From NCBI GenBank assembly GCA_964488915.1, contig CAZAWU010000002.1:2572-66571 (forward strand): 64,000 nucleotides of DNA, read 5' to 3'. Source of the DNA: an uncultured Burkholderiales bacterium. Its GTDB lineage: Bacteria > Pseudomonadota > Gammaproteobacteria > Burkholderiales > JALYOK01. Positions 55,367 to 64,000 of the stretch are shown here, piece after piece (within the stretch, counting starts at the first letter, position 1; every line of letters begins with the position of its first letter). The notes below the pieces were generated by a model. That model was not told the origin of the DNA. It did not search any database and saw only the letters and a program-made list of their open reading frames with translations. The position numbers and the translations under genes were made by a program.

Positions 55367-56083
55367 TCACAGCGCTTGCAAATCGCGCAGCAGCTGGCGC
55401 GTATGCAAGGGCTGGCCGTTGAGATGGTGATTGATGGCTGCGCGCATGAGTTGTTTGCTTTGCTGGCTGGTGACCGGATCGCTGTAGTCGGCGCGATCCA
55501 TATCCAGAAACGTCTTGCCGAGGAATTTTACTGTATCGCCGCCTGCGATATGCGCCAGCGGACCGCGGTCGAAGCTAAAGCCGTACGAGCGTTGCGCTTG
55601 CACCGCTTCATCGGTATCCGCGGTGCGCACCAGACTCAAGGCATATCCTAGCTCACGCAGCAGCGCGAGTTCGAAGCCGCGCAGCAGCGGTTCGACGTGA
55701 GTGGTTTGGCTTAGCTGCGGCAGCAACGCGCGATACACGTCGTAGAGCTGCTCATGCGCATCTTCGCGCGCGATCAGCTTGAGCAGTAGCTCATTCAGAT
55801 AAAAGCCGCACAGCAGCGCCAAGCCGCGCAGGGGCGTGTGCGCCACCACCCATTCCGCGGCTGCCAGCGTACGCAGCTCGGATTTGCCGAACCAGCTCAG
55901 CAACATCGGTTGAAACTGGCGGATCAGCCCGCGCATCCCGGAACGCGGCCGCCGCGCACCTTTGGCTACCAATGCAATGCGCCCATGATGCCGACTGAAA
56001 GCTTCGACAATGAAGCTGGTTTCTTGATACGGATAGGTGTGCAAGACAAAACACTCATCCTGCAACCGCTTTTCGGCGCTCAT
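55367..56083 (-). CDS. recO: DNA repair protein RecO
   Basis: 238 aa. Conserved position between era and pdxJ, with an OB-fold N-terminus ([19 protein letters not shown]). Confidence 0.88.
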   Translation of the reverse strand: MSAEKRLQDECFVLHTYPYQETSFIVEAFSRHHGRIALVAKGARRPRSGMRGLIRQFQPMLLSWFGKSELRTLAAAEWVVAHTPLRGLALLCGFYLNELLLKLIAREDAHEQLYDVYRALLPQLSQTTHVEPLLRGFELALLRELGYALSLVRTADTDEAVQAQRSYGFSFDRGPLAHIAGGDTVKFLGKTFLDMDRADYSDPVTSQQSKQLMRAAINHHLNGQPLHTRQLLRDLQAL

Positions 56084-56086
56084 GCC

Positions 56087-56989
56087 TTACCCGCTCGCCT
56101 CACCCAGCCCAAGTTGGCGCAGTGTGGCCGGCTGCTCGGTCCAATTCGCTTTTACTTTGATCCAAGTCTGCAACCGCACGCGCCCACCGAACAACTGCTC
56201 CATGGCGCGGCGGGCACGCGTGCCGATCTCCTTTAACCTCGCGCCGCCTTTACCGATCACGATCGCTTTGTGGCTGTCTTTGGCCACAAAGATGGTAGCG
56301 TGAATCTCGCGAACTCCGGCAAGCTCGCGAAACGACTCGATGACCACCGCACTGCCGAAAGGCACTTCCTGCGCGAGCTGCTGAAACAGCTGCTCGCGCA
56401 CCAATTCGGCGGCGAGAAAGCGCTCGGTGCGATCGGTGAGTTGATCCTCGTCGAAATGAGCGGGACCGAGCGGTAGCTGCGCCTTAAGGCATGCGAGCAG
56501 TTCCTGCAACTGCGCGCCCGACTTGGCGCTGACCGGAACGATATCGGCGATCGAAAAGCGCGCAGCTACGTCCTGCAGCCACGGCAGCAGCGTGTTCTTT
56601 TGTTTGACGCGGTCGACTTTGTTGGCGATCATCACGCGCGGGCGCGCCTGCGGCAGCAGATTGAACACGGCGGCATCTGCTGCTACGGTGCGGCCGGCCT
56701 CCACTACCCAGCCGATGACATCTGCTTCGGCCAACACCGCCTCGGCGGCACGGTTCAACACGCGGCTCAGTGGATCGCGATGCGCATACTGAATCCCCGG
56801 ACTGTCGATCAACAGGAACTGCACGTCCGGCTCGGTGCGCACCCCCAATATCCGGTGCCGCGTGGTCTGCGGCTTCGGCGCCGTGATACTAAGATGGGCG
56901 CCAACCAGCGTGTTGAAGAGCGTTGATTTACCGACATTTGGCCGGCCGACTAGGGCTACGCTGCCGCAGCGAAATACCGTTTCATTCAC
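56087..56989 (-). CDS. era: GTPase Era
   Basis: 300 aa. G1 motif VALVGRPNVGKSTLFN, G3 motif DSPG, and a C-terminal KH domain. Confidence 0.95.
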   Translation of the reverse strand: MNETVFRCGSVALVGRPNVGKSTLFNTLVGAHLSITAPKPQTTRHRILGVRTEPDVQFLLIDSPGIQYAHRDPLSRVLNRAAEAVLAEADVIGWVVEAGRTVAADAAVFNLLPQARPRVMIANKVDRVKQKNTLLPWLQDVAARFSIADIVPVSAKSGAQLQELLACLKAQLPLGPAHFDEDQLTDRTERFLAAELVREQLFQQLAQEVPFGSAVVIESFRELAGVREIHATIFVAKDSHKAIVIGKGGARLKEIGTRARRAMEQLFGGRVRLQTWIKVKANWTEQPATLRQLGLGEASG

Positions 56990-57653
56990 CGTGGATCAGT
57001 GCGTATGCGCGTTCAGCCGCCGCCATTTCAGCAATGCGGCGGCTCGGTCCTTCGCCTTCGGTGACGACGTTGCGTGATGCGATGCGGCACGCAACCCGAA
57101 AACGCTGATCGTGCGCGGCGCCGCTCACTTCGACGACGTTGTACTCCGGCAGCGGCAGGCGCTTGCCTTGCAGCAGTTCCTGCAAGCGCGTCTTAGGATC
57201 TTTCTCCACCGCCCCCGGTTCCAAGTGCACCAGGCGTTCAGCGAATAGTCGGCTCACCAGCGTCTGCGCCGCCACCAGCCCGCCATCCACGAGGACTGCG
57301 CCGACCATCGCTTCCAGCGCATCGGCAAGAATGGACGGGCGCCGAAAGCCGCCGCTGCGTAACTCTCCCTCGCCCAGCAGCAAATACTGCCCCAGATCGA
57401 TTTCTTGCGCCACTTCGTATAGCGATTGCCTCTTGACCAGCGCTGCGCGCAAACGGCTAAGATCGCCTTCCGGGAGCTTGGGAAAGCGCGTAAAAAGCTC
57501 CGTCGCGATGGTCAGATTGAGCAGGCTGTCGCCCAGGAACTCCAAACGCTCATTGTGCTGCGCGCCATGGCTACGGTGCGTCAGCGCCGCCCGCAGCAAT
57601 TCGCGGTCGTTGAAGCGATAGCCGATACGCTGCTCAAAACCGGGCAAGTCCAC
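56982..57653 (-). CDS. rnc: ribonuclease III
   Basis: Signature ERLEFLGDS and ALTHRS, with a C-terminal dsRBD. I prefer GTG 57653 (MDLPGFEQRIGYRF...). The track start TTG 57722 would overlap the DUF4845 gene by 35 nt. Confidence 0.92.
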   Translation of the reverse strand: MDLPGFEQRIGYRFNDRELLRAALTHRSHGAQHNERLEFLGDSLLNLTIATELFTRFPKLPEGDLSRLRAALVKRQSLYEVAQEIDLGQYLLLGEGELRSGGFRRPSILADALEAMVGAVLVDGGLVAAQTLVSRLFAERLVHLEPGAVEKDPKTRLQELLQGKRLPLPEYNVVEVSGAAHDQRFRVACRIASRNVVTEGEGPSRRIAEMAAAERAYALIHGE

Positions 57654-57687
57654 CGTTTCACCCGGATGACCCGTTGTTCGTTTTGCT

Positions 57688-58038
57688 TTACTTTGCAGAG
57701 GAGGCGGAGAAATCGATGACAAGTTTGATATTGCCGAACAGCGGCACGGTCACCGGATAATTGACCGTCACGACTGCGGCGCCGCCATCCTTGCTGATCT
57801 CGAGCTGATCCGAACCGACACTCTTGACGTCGTTGATGGAGGCACGGCGCGAGAACGCATCTTTGATTTCGCGCGTCGAGCCGTTGATCTCCCCGGTCTC
57901 GGCGAGTGTGTGCAAGGTTCGCTTCACCGCGAAGTACTCCAAGTACGCCGGAAACACTTTCATCCCGATAATCGCCGCCAAGATGAGAAAGACGATCAAC
58001 AGGAAACTTGTCAACGCGCCGCCTGATTGTCTATTCAT
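57688..58038 (-). CDS. DUF4845-like small membrane-anchored protein
   Basis: 116 aa. N-terminal TM ALTSFLLIVFLILAAIIGMKVF followed by PAYLEYFAVKRTL. Conserved position between lepB and rnc. Confidence 0.7.
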   Translation of the reverse strand: MNRQSGGALTSFLLIVFLILAAIIGMKVFPAYLEYFAVKRTLHTLAETGEINGSTREIKDAFSRRASINDVKSVGSDQLEISKDGGAAVVTVNYPVTVPLFGNIKLVIDFSASSAK

Positions 58039-58060
58039 TCGTGTCCCTCCCCTTTTGACC

Positions 58061-59113
58061 TCAATTGATGCGCGTGCCGATGCGCTTGATCTCGCTCCAG
58101 TTAAGCCAGATCAAAAACGCTTTGCCGACGATGTGATCTTCCGGAACAAAGCCCCAGTAGCGGCTGTCCGAACTGCGATCGCGATTGTCGCCCATCATGA
58201 AGTAGTGCCCCGCGGGCACGCGGCAAGTGAAGCCTTCCGCGTCATAGGTGCAAGCGCCTTTGTGCTCGAAGTCCTCCACGCGCATCACATGCAACGTGCT
58301 TTGCGTATCCTCGATCAACGTCGCGTGCTCATGCCCGCTGATGGTCTCGGTAAATTGGCGCGACTCCACCAGCTGCAGCTGTCCGGTTTCCTGTCCCGTA
58401 TCGCGGTACTGGAACGCGCCGATCTCTTGCATCGGCACCGCTTCGCCGTTTATCGTGAGCTTCTTGTTTCGGTATGTCACTGTATCGCCGGGAATGCCGA
58501 TCACGCGCTTGATATAGTCGAGCGTCTGGTTCTTGGGGTAGCGGAACACCATGACATCACCGCGCTGCGGATCGCCGACGGGAAGGATCTTGACGTTAGC
58601 GACCGGCAAGCGCACGCCATAAGCGAACTTGTTTACCAGGATGAAATCGCCCACCAGCAGCGTCGGGATCATTGAACCGGAAGGAATGCGAAACGGTTCG
58701 ACCAAGAATGAGCGGACCACGAAAACGATTAGGATCACCGGGAAAAAACTCGCGCCCAGTTCGCGCCAGATCGGCACTTGCAGCATCTTGGCGGCGTCAG
58801 CCTTCGCCGCGGCTCCAGCCGTTTTGGGTTCAGGCGCCGCAGCGGGCGCGCTCGCGGCGCTTCGCTTGTTGGCGTAGCGATCCCATAGCCAAATCAGCCC
58901 GGTGGCAACGGTCGCCAACAGCAAGACAGCCGCAAAACTCATCACCTTAAGCAGCAACCCAAAGCCGGCGATAAAGCAGGCGAGATACGCGAACTGCGTA
59001 TACGGCAGAAACGCCTCCTTGAGGCGTGAGGCGTTGTTCGCCGTCACCAGATCCCAGACGACGATGGGTGTACTGATGACTAGAGCAATGATGCCGATCG
59101 TAGCCAAATCCAT
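58061..59113 (-). CDS. lepB: signal peptidase I
   Basis: 350 aa. Catalytic Ser box IPSGSMIPTL, Lys box, and GDNRDRSSDSRYWG. Confidence 0.95.
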   Translation of the reverse strand: MDLATIGIIALVISTPIVVWDLVTANNASRLKEAFLPYTQFAYLACFIAGFGLLLKVMSFAAVLLLATVATGLIWLWDRYANKRSAASAPAAAPEPKTAGAAAKADAAKMLQVPIWRELGASFFPVILIVFVVRSFLVEPFRIPSGSMIPTLLVGDFILVNKFAYGVRLPVANVKILPVGDPQRGDVMVFRYPKNQTLDYIKRVIGIPGDTVTYRNKKLTINGEAVPMQEIGAFQYRDTGQETGQLQLVESRQFTETISGHEHATLIEDTQSTLHVMRVEDFEHKGACTYDAEGFTCRVPAGHYFMMGDNRDRSSDSRYWGFVPEDHIVGKAFLIWLNWSEIKRIGTRIN

Positions 59114-59116
59114 CGC

Positions 59117-60907
59117 CTAACTCTCCACCTGCAAGATCGCGAGAAACGCCTCTTGCGGAATCTCAACGCTGCCCACCTGCTTCATGCGCTTCTTGCCCTC
59201 TTTCTGCTTTTCCAACAGTTTGCGCTTACGGGTAATGTCCCCGCCATAGCATTTCGCTAACACGTTCTTGCGCAGCGCCTTGACCGTTTCGCGCGCGATG
59301 ATCTGCGACCCGATGGCGGCTTGCACGGCGACATCGAACATTTGGCGTGGGATCAGTTGACGCATCTTGGCCGCCAGTTCGCGTCCGCGATACTGCGCGT
59401 TGTCGCGATGCACCATGAGTGAGAGCGCATCGACTTTCTCGCTGTTGATAAGGATGTCGAGTTTGACCACGTCGGCCGTACGGTACTCTTTGAAATCGTA
59501 GTCAAGCGATGCATAGCCGCGCGAGACCGATTTTAGCTTGTCGAAAAAATCCATTACGACTTCGTTCATGGGCATTTCGTAGGTCAACACGACCTGCCGC
59601 CCGGTATAGTGCATGTTCTTTTGCGTGCCGCGCTTGCTGGTGCACAGCGTGATGACCGGGCCGACATAGTCTTGCGGCACCAGTATGGTCGCTGTAATGA
59701 TCGGTTCGCGAATCTCTTCGATCTTCGATAGCTCCGGCAAGCGCGCGGGATTCTCGACCTCGAGTGTCGTCCCATCGCGTAACACCACTTGATAGACCAC
59801 CGTCGGCGCCGTGGTGATCAAGTCCAAGTCGTACTCGCGCTCCAAGCGCTCCTGCACGATATCCATGTGCAACAGCCCCAGAAAGCCGCAACGAAAACCG
59901 AAACCGAGCGCCTGCGAGGTTTCCGGCTCGAAGTGCAGCGATGCATCGTTCAAGCGCAACTTCTCCAGCGCGTCGCGCAGCGCGTCATACTCGTTCGGTT
60001 CCACCGGATAGAGTCCGGCAAACACCTGGGGTTTGATCTCTTTGAAACCGGGCAGAGGCTGTGCCGCCGGTCGGTGGGCCAAGGTAACGGTATCACCGAC
60101 GCGCGCCGCTTTTAGCTCGCGAATGCCGGAAATGATGAAACCAACTTCTCCCGCGGACAGTTCGTCGCGCGTCTGCGACTTCGGAGTGAAGACGCCGACT
60201 TGCTCGCACAGCACACTGACGCCGGTCGACATCAGCAATATCTTGTCCTTGGTGCGCAGCCGCCCATCGACCACGCGTACCAGCATCACTACGCCCACGT
60301 AGTTATCGAACCACGAATCGATGATGAGCGCCTTCAGCGGACCATCCGGATCGCCCTTGGGCGGCGAAATGCGCGCGATCACGCCTTCCAACACGTCGGC
60401 GATGCCCTCGCCCGTTTTGGCGCTGACGCGAATCGCGTCGCTGGCGTCTATCCCGATGATGTCTTCGATCTCCGCCTTGACGCGTTCAGGATCGCCGGAA
60501 GGCAAATCGATCTTGTTGAGCACCGGCACCACTTCGACCCCCTGCTCGATCGCCGTGTAGCAATTAGCCACGGTCTGCGCTTCCACACCCTGCGAAACGT
60601 CTACGACGAGTAGCGCGCCTTCGCACGCTGACAGCGAGCGTGACACCTCGTAGGAAAAATCGACGTGCCCCGGGGTGTCGATCAAGTTCAGTTGGTAGAG
60701 CTGACCGTCGCGCGCGCGGTAGTTGAGTGCCGCCGTCTGCGCTTTGATGGTAATGCCGCGTTCTCGCTCGAGATCCATCGAATCGAGCACTTGCGCCTCC
60801 ATTTCACGCTGCGATAGCCCCCCACAAAGCTCGATGATGCGGTCCGCCAGAGTGGATTTGCCGTGATCGATGTGCGCGATGATGGAGAAATTGCGAATGA
60901 GATTCAT
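59117..60907 (-). CDS. lepA: translation elongation factor 4
   Basis: 596 aa. [16 protein letters not shown]1 motif and the LepA-specific C-terminal domain. Confidence 0.96.
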   Translation of the reverse strand: MNLIRNFSIIAHIDHGKSTLADRIIELCGGLSQREMEAQVLDSMDLERERGITIKAQTAALNYRARDGQLYQLNLIDTPGHVDFSYEVSRSLSACEGALLVVDVSQGVEAQTVANCYTAIEQGVEVVPVLNKIDLPSGDPERVKAEIEDIIGIDASDAIRVSAKTGEGIADVLEGVIARISPPKGDPDGPLKALIIDSWFDNYVGVVMLVRVVDGRLRTKDKILLMSTGVSVLCEQVGVFTPKSQTRDELSAGEVGFIISGIRELKAARVGDTVTLAHRPAAQPLPGFKEIKPQVFAGLYPVEPNEYDALRDALEKLRLNDASLHFEPETSQALGFGFRCGFLGLLHMDIVQERLEREYDLDLITTAPTVVYQVVLRDGTTLEVENPARLPELSKIEEIREPIITATILVPQDYVGPVITLCTSKRGTQKNMHYTGRQVVLTYEMPMNEVVMDFFDKLKSVSRGYASLDYDFKEYRTADVVKLDILINSEKVDALSLMVHRDNAQYRGRELAAKMRQLIPRQMFDVAVQAAIGSQIIARETVKALRKNVLAKCYGGDITRKRKLLEKQKEGKKRMKQVGSVEIPQEAFLAILQVES

Positions 60908-60979
60908 GCCATTGCGGCCAAAAGCCTAACCTGGCATTTTACCGTAGGAAACCGAGCGTGGGGGAAGGGTTACTACAAG

Positions 60980-61205
60980 GCGCGGGGAACTCCGGGCGAA
61001 AGCAGGCGAAGCCTGGGCTTCACCCATCTTCGCGTCCCCGCGCTCGTACTTGGAAACGAAGTCGAGGAAACAGGTTGCGCTGGGCGCATCAAGGTGCCAG
61101 CAGCATGCGGCCTCCGTTGCTTTTCACTTCAAAGTGCGCCCGGCGCACTCTGTTTCCTCGACTCCGCCCGCAATAGCGAGCGCGGGGGCAGGGGGTTCCC
61201 CGCGC
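60980..61205. repeat. nested inverted-repeat region between degP/mucD and lepA
   Basis: Three inverted-repeat pairs, plus a shared flanking 11-mer:
- GCGCGGGGA (60980-60988) pairs with TCCCCGCGC (61035-61043).
- GTCGAGGAAACAG (61061-61073) pairs with CTGTTTCCTCGAC (61150-61162).
- GCGCGGGG (61180-61187) pairs with CCCCGCGC (61198-61205).
- The 11-mer GCGCGGGGAAC occurs at 60980-60990 and inverted at 61195-61205. Confidence 0.6.
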
Positions 61206-61220
61206 CTAGTAGTACGCTCA

Positions 61221-62609
61221 TCACCCAGCGCCAAGGCGCAGCGTGATGAACTGGGTCGACTCTCCGCGCTTGACCAGCAGAGCGACGTTGCGCCGCCCTT
61301 CGAGTTTGGCCACGGCCTGGTTGAACTGATCGAGGTTCTTTACTTCGGTGTTGTTGATGGACAGAACAACGTCTCCGGCCCGGATGCCCGCCTTGCTCGC
61401 CGGTCCCTGCGCATCCTCAACCAGCAGCCCGGACTCGACGTCGAGCTGTTTGCGCTGCTCGGCGGTGAGTTCGGACAGCGTCAGACCAAGCTTGTTGCCC
61501 TCGCTCTTACCCTTCTTGGGCGTCTTAGACGAGGCTATCTTTTCCTGCGGCAGTTCGGCCAAGGTTACGGCGATGTCCTTGGTCTGGCCGTCTTTGCTTT
61601 GCCCCTTGCTGCGCCAGACCTGCACGTTTACTTTGCTGCCTGGTTTGGTGGCCGCCACCAAGCGCGGCAGATCGTTCGACGTGTTTACCGGCTTGCCGTC
61701 GAACTTAAGAATGACGTCGCCCGGCTCGAACCCAGCTTTATCCGCCGGCCCGCCGCGCTCCACCGAGGCGATGACCGCCCCTGCGGGCTTCGGCAAACCC
61801 AAGGAATCGGCCAAATCCTTGGTCACTTCCTGAATTACCACCCCTAGCCAACCACGGCTGACTTTGCCGCTTTTGCGCAACTGATCGGATACGTCCATGG
61901 CCACATCGATGGGAATGGCGAACGACAGGCCCATGAACCCACCGGTGCGGCTGTAAATCTGCGAATTGATACCGACGACTTCCCCTTTCATGTTGAAAAG
62001 CGGGCCGCCGGAATTGCCTGGGTTGATCGCCACGTCGGTCTGTATAAACGGCACGTAATTCTCCTGCGGTAGCGCACGCCCTTTGGCACTTACAATGCCG
62101 GCGGTGACCGTATTCTCGAAACCGAATGGCGAACCGATCGCCACCACCCATTCGCCGACTCGCAGCTGATTCGGATCTCCCATGGTGAGCTTGGGCAGAC
62201 CGGCCGCTTCGATTTTGATCAACGCCACGTCGGTGCGCTTATCGGCGCCGATGACTTTGGCTTTGAACTCGCGCTTGTCGGTAAGCGTCACCGTGATGTC
62301 GTCGGCGGCGGCTACGACGTGCGCATTGGTCAAGATATAGCCGTCGGCGCTGATGATGAAGCCCGAGCCGAGCGAACGGTTGTCCTCGTCGCGTGGGCCC
62401 GGCTGTTGCGGGCCGAAGCGCCGGAAGAACTCGAACATCGGGTCATCTTCCGGGATGCCTTCCATACCGCGTGCAGCCGAGGTGGTGCTGACGTTCACCA
62501 CAGCCGGCCCTTGTTTCTCGGCTAGATCGGTGAAATCCGGCAGTTCGCGCCCCAGAGCGGCGCCGGCAAAAGTAAGGCTGGTGATGCAAAGCAGAAAAAA
62601 TCGGTTCAT
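61221..62609 (-). CDS. degP: periplasmic serine endoprotease DegP/MucD (HtrA family, two PDZ domains)
   Basis: 462 aa. Signal peptide, catalytic region GNSGGPLFN, and tandem PDZ domains. Position downstream of rseB and the rseC-like gene. Confidence 0.93.
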   Translation of the reverse strand: MNRFFLLCITSLTFAGAALGRELPDFTDLAEKQGPAVVNVSTTSAARGMEGIPEDDPMFEFFRRFGPQQPGPRDEDNRSLGSGFIISADGYILTNAHVVAAADDITVTLTDKREFKAKVIGADKRTDVALIKIEAAGLPKLTMGDPNQLRVGEWVVAIGSPFGFENTVTAGIVSAKGRALPQENYVPFIQTDVAINPGNSGGPLFNMKGEVVGINSQIYSRTGGFMGLSFAIPIDVAMDVSDQLRKSGKVSRGWLGVVIQEVTKDLADSLGLPKPAGAVIASVERGGPADKAGFEPGDVILKFDGKPVNTSNDLPRLVAATKPGSKVNVQVWRSKGQSKDGQTKDIAVTLAELPQEKIASSKTPKKGKSEGNKLGLTLSELTAEQRKQLDVESGLLVEDAQGPASKAGIRAGDVVLSINNTEVKNLDQFNQAVAKLEGRRNVALLVKRGESTQFITLRLGAG

Positions 62610-62693
62610 GCGTGTGTACGCTCAAGACGCGTCAAAGAGATAAAAATTCTACTTGGTTTGGCGTGGCCGTGCGGCCGCCAAAGGCGGCTTGGC

Positions 62694-63011
62694 CTAGCCG
62701 TGGCGGCGAGAATGGCGCCGCAGCGCGTACCAGCCGCAGAGTGCGGCAACGACGAGCGCTGCCACGGCCAGCCAGTCCTGCGTGATTTGCAGGCGTGCGA
62801 ACAAGGCCAGTGTCGCCGCGAACAAGGCCAGCGGCAGCGCGAACGCCCGCAACCCCAGCCCCAAGAACTGGCCGGCAGCGCGCTCGGACTGCGCCGCGCT
62901 GCCGCGGAGCTTGCGGCCCGGAAGCAAACCGAACCAAAGGCGGCAGCCGTGCATACCGCATTCGTTACTGCATGCAGTTGCGTCTGAAGTGTCGCAACCA
63001 GGTTGATTCAT
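62694..63011 (-). CDS. short RseC/MucC-like membrane protein
   Basis: 105 aa. Cys cluster CSNECGMHGC followed by two hydrophobic helices. Position between rseB and degP. The alternative overlapping ORF 62632..62961 looks like a shadow frame. Confidence 0.45.
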   Translation of the reverse strand: MNQPGCDTSDATACSNECGMHGCRLWFGLLPGRKLRGSAAQSERAAGQFLGLGLRAFALPLALFAATLALFARLQITQDWLAVAALVVAALCGWYALRRHSRRHG

Positions 63012-63034
63012 GAATGCAATCTCAAGCCAGTATC

Positions 63035-64000
63035 CTACTTTCGCAGGCTAACTGCATTGGCAACTTGCTTGAGCGAAACCTGCGGCACTTCGCCGAGCAC
63101 GGTGATGTGATGATCGTCGAGTTCCTTGGTAAGCACCGAGACGAGCCCGAGCTGGCGCGGGCCACGCAATGCCGGTGGAATACTGCTTTTCGGCTCAATG
63201 AACACCGAGATCGCAGCCAACCCGTCCGAAAACACAATTTGGCGCACCGGCTCCGCGCGCCCGTGCATGCGCCGCTGCATCTCCATTATTTTGCGAAAGC
63301 CCGCCGGGATATCGCGGATGTGCCAACCGCTTTCCGGCGCATTGCGCTCCCAGTTGGACGCATCGGTGCGCCAACTGCGCTGCGCCTCCGCGTAGGCAGA
63401 GCGCAACGATTGGCGCGTTATGTGGGCGCCGATATCCAGGGCGGTGAAAGCCACCTGCTCGGCCGGTTCGCCGCGTTCGTCCGCGATCGCAGCTTTCAGC
63501 AGCAAACCAGTTTTCAGCTCCGCGCACAGGCGATGAGCGTAGCGCAATTGATCCTTGGGGCGCAGCCAAATCACTTGGCAATCGTAGCCCGCCACGCGCT
63601 CCGTCGCGCCGAGCCGCAGCTCATAGTGCGCGACCAGCCCCTCGGGATTGTCGCCGATCAACGCCGGGAAGTAGCGCCGCGCCCGGCCTTGCTCGAGCTT
63701 GACCATGCGGCTTTCCGGGTAGTAGCAGTGCACGGTTTCGTTCTCGCGCACGATCTCGCGCGGCGGGCCATCCAGCGCTTCTAGCTTTTCCGCTTCGCCG
63801 CTGGCGTCGTAGAGATGCGAAATGCGCATGGTTTCCATGCGCGGCCCCAGCTGGTGCACGAACGTCCCGCTATAGGTCAGCTCACGCGCAGCCGCGGCGA
63901 TACGGGGCAACCAATTGCTGGCGTCCGCTGCCGGCTTCTTTTCTTGCGCCAGCACGATGCCGGCGGCGAATAGCGGTAAACAAGCGAGAGCAGCGACTCT
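63035..64000 (-). CDS. rseB: sigma-E regulatory protein RseB/MucB (5-prime end beyond the window)
   Basis: The frame stays open to the window edge and the upstream codons read ...RVAALACLPLFAAGIVLAQEKK (signal peptide), so the gene is 5-prime partial. The body resembles RseB (TFVHQLGPRMETMRISH, VHCYYPESRMV). Confidence 0.8.
   Translation of the reverse strand, partial: RVAALACLPLFAAGIVLAQEKKPAADASNWLPRIAAAARELTYSGTFVHQLGPRMETMRISHLYDASGEAEKLEALDGPPREIVRENETVHCYYPESRMVKLEQGRARRYFPALIGDNPEGLVAHYELRLGATERVAGYDCQVIWLRPKDQLRYAHRLCAELKTGLLLKAAIADERGEPAEQVAFTALDIGAHITRQSLRSAYAEAQRSWRTDASNWERNAPESGWHIRDIPAGFRKIMEMQRRMHGRAEPVRQIVFSDGLAAISVFIEPKSSIPPALRGPRQLGLVSVLTKELDDHHITVLGEVPQVSLKQVANAVSLRK

Noticed and set aside
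60980-61043. A possible tRNA-like or other small structured RNA, because a GC-rich 9-bp stem closes a segment of about 64 nt.
   Set aside because: No D-loop GG, no GTTC T-loop, and the arm lengths do not fit a cloverleaf. I treat it as part of the nested inverted-repeat region instead.
62632-62961. A 109-aa minus-strand ORF overlapping the RseC-like ORF.
   Set aside because: A Gly/Ala/Arg-rich shadow-frame composition without hydrophobic segments. The 62694..63011 frame has a Cys motif and two TM helices that fit the operon context.
1-64000. CRISPR arrays, long tandem repeats, rRNA genes, insertion sequences and prophage genes.
   Set aside because: Nothing resembling regularly spaced direct repeats, rRNA, or transposase, integrase or capsid-type ORFs was seen while reading the window. 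This is a by-eye search and may miss short or degenerate elements.

Overview
GC-rich (roughly 60-65% G+C by eye) bacterial chromosomal segment with about 60 protein genes and 2 tRNAs. I saw no rRNA, CRISPR array, transposase or integrase. The right-end gene order (rseB/mucB, rseC-like, degP/mucD, then lepA-lepB-DUF4845-rnc-era-recO-pdxJ-acpS-nagZ) and a palindromic repeat that translates as PEPVEG...FDKLT suggest a betaproteobacterium; this is inference only.

Gene blocks:
- 0.1-5.4 kb: valine catabolism (mmsB, mmsA, 3-hydroxyisobutyryl-CoA hydrolase), interrupted by a cytochrome P450 and tRNA-Asn.
- 5.4-11.8 kb: Tat-signal hydrolase, RND pump with its adaptor, and a crotonase.
- 12.1-14.8 kb: SDR plus a secreted beta-propeller protein.
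- 14.9-18.5 kb: acyl-CoA dehydrogenase, etfA, etfB.
- 18.6-20.9 kb: an intergenic array of GGCAACGTT-like boxes, a tandem-HTH regulator, and a D-2-hydroxyglutarate-dehydrogenase-like FAD oxidase.
- 21-27.3 kb: periplasmic and redox genes, including flavocytochrome c sulfide dehydrogenase coupled to a periplasmic pentapeptide-repeat protein.
- 27.6-34.3 kb: an orphan ORF, a CHASE-PAS-GAF-GGDEF protein, acyl-CoA synthetase, scoAB and tRNA-Gly.
- 35.5-39.5 kb: pgsA, uvrC, a family-4 UDG and efp.
- 53.2-64 kb: housekeeping genes.

The most unusual region is 39.6-53.2 kb, where about 13 genes run in the same direction. In order they are:
- a secreted VWA protein;
- a histidine kinase (HK) and an OmpR-type response regulator (RR);
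- a MoxR-DUF58-VWA module ordered like mxaRSACKL or the Bat operon, with no client enzyme nearby;
- an HK, lipoprotein and sigma-54 regulator trio (QseE/QseG/QseF-like), translationally chained to that module;
- a full sigma-54 enhancer/IHF/-24/-12 module driving a ~95-nt terminator-capped transcript (candidate sRNA or leader);
- two small orphan ORFs.

All functional calls come from motif reading and remembered family features. No database search was run.
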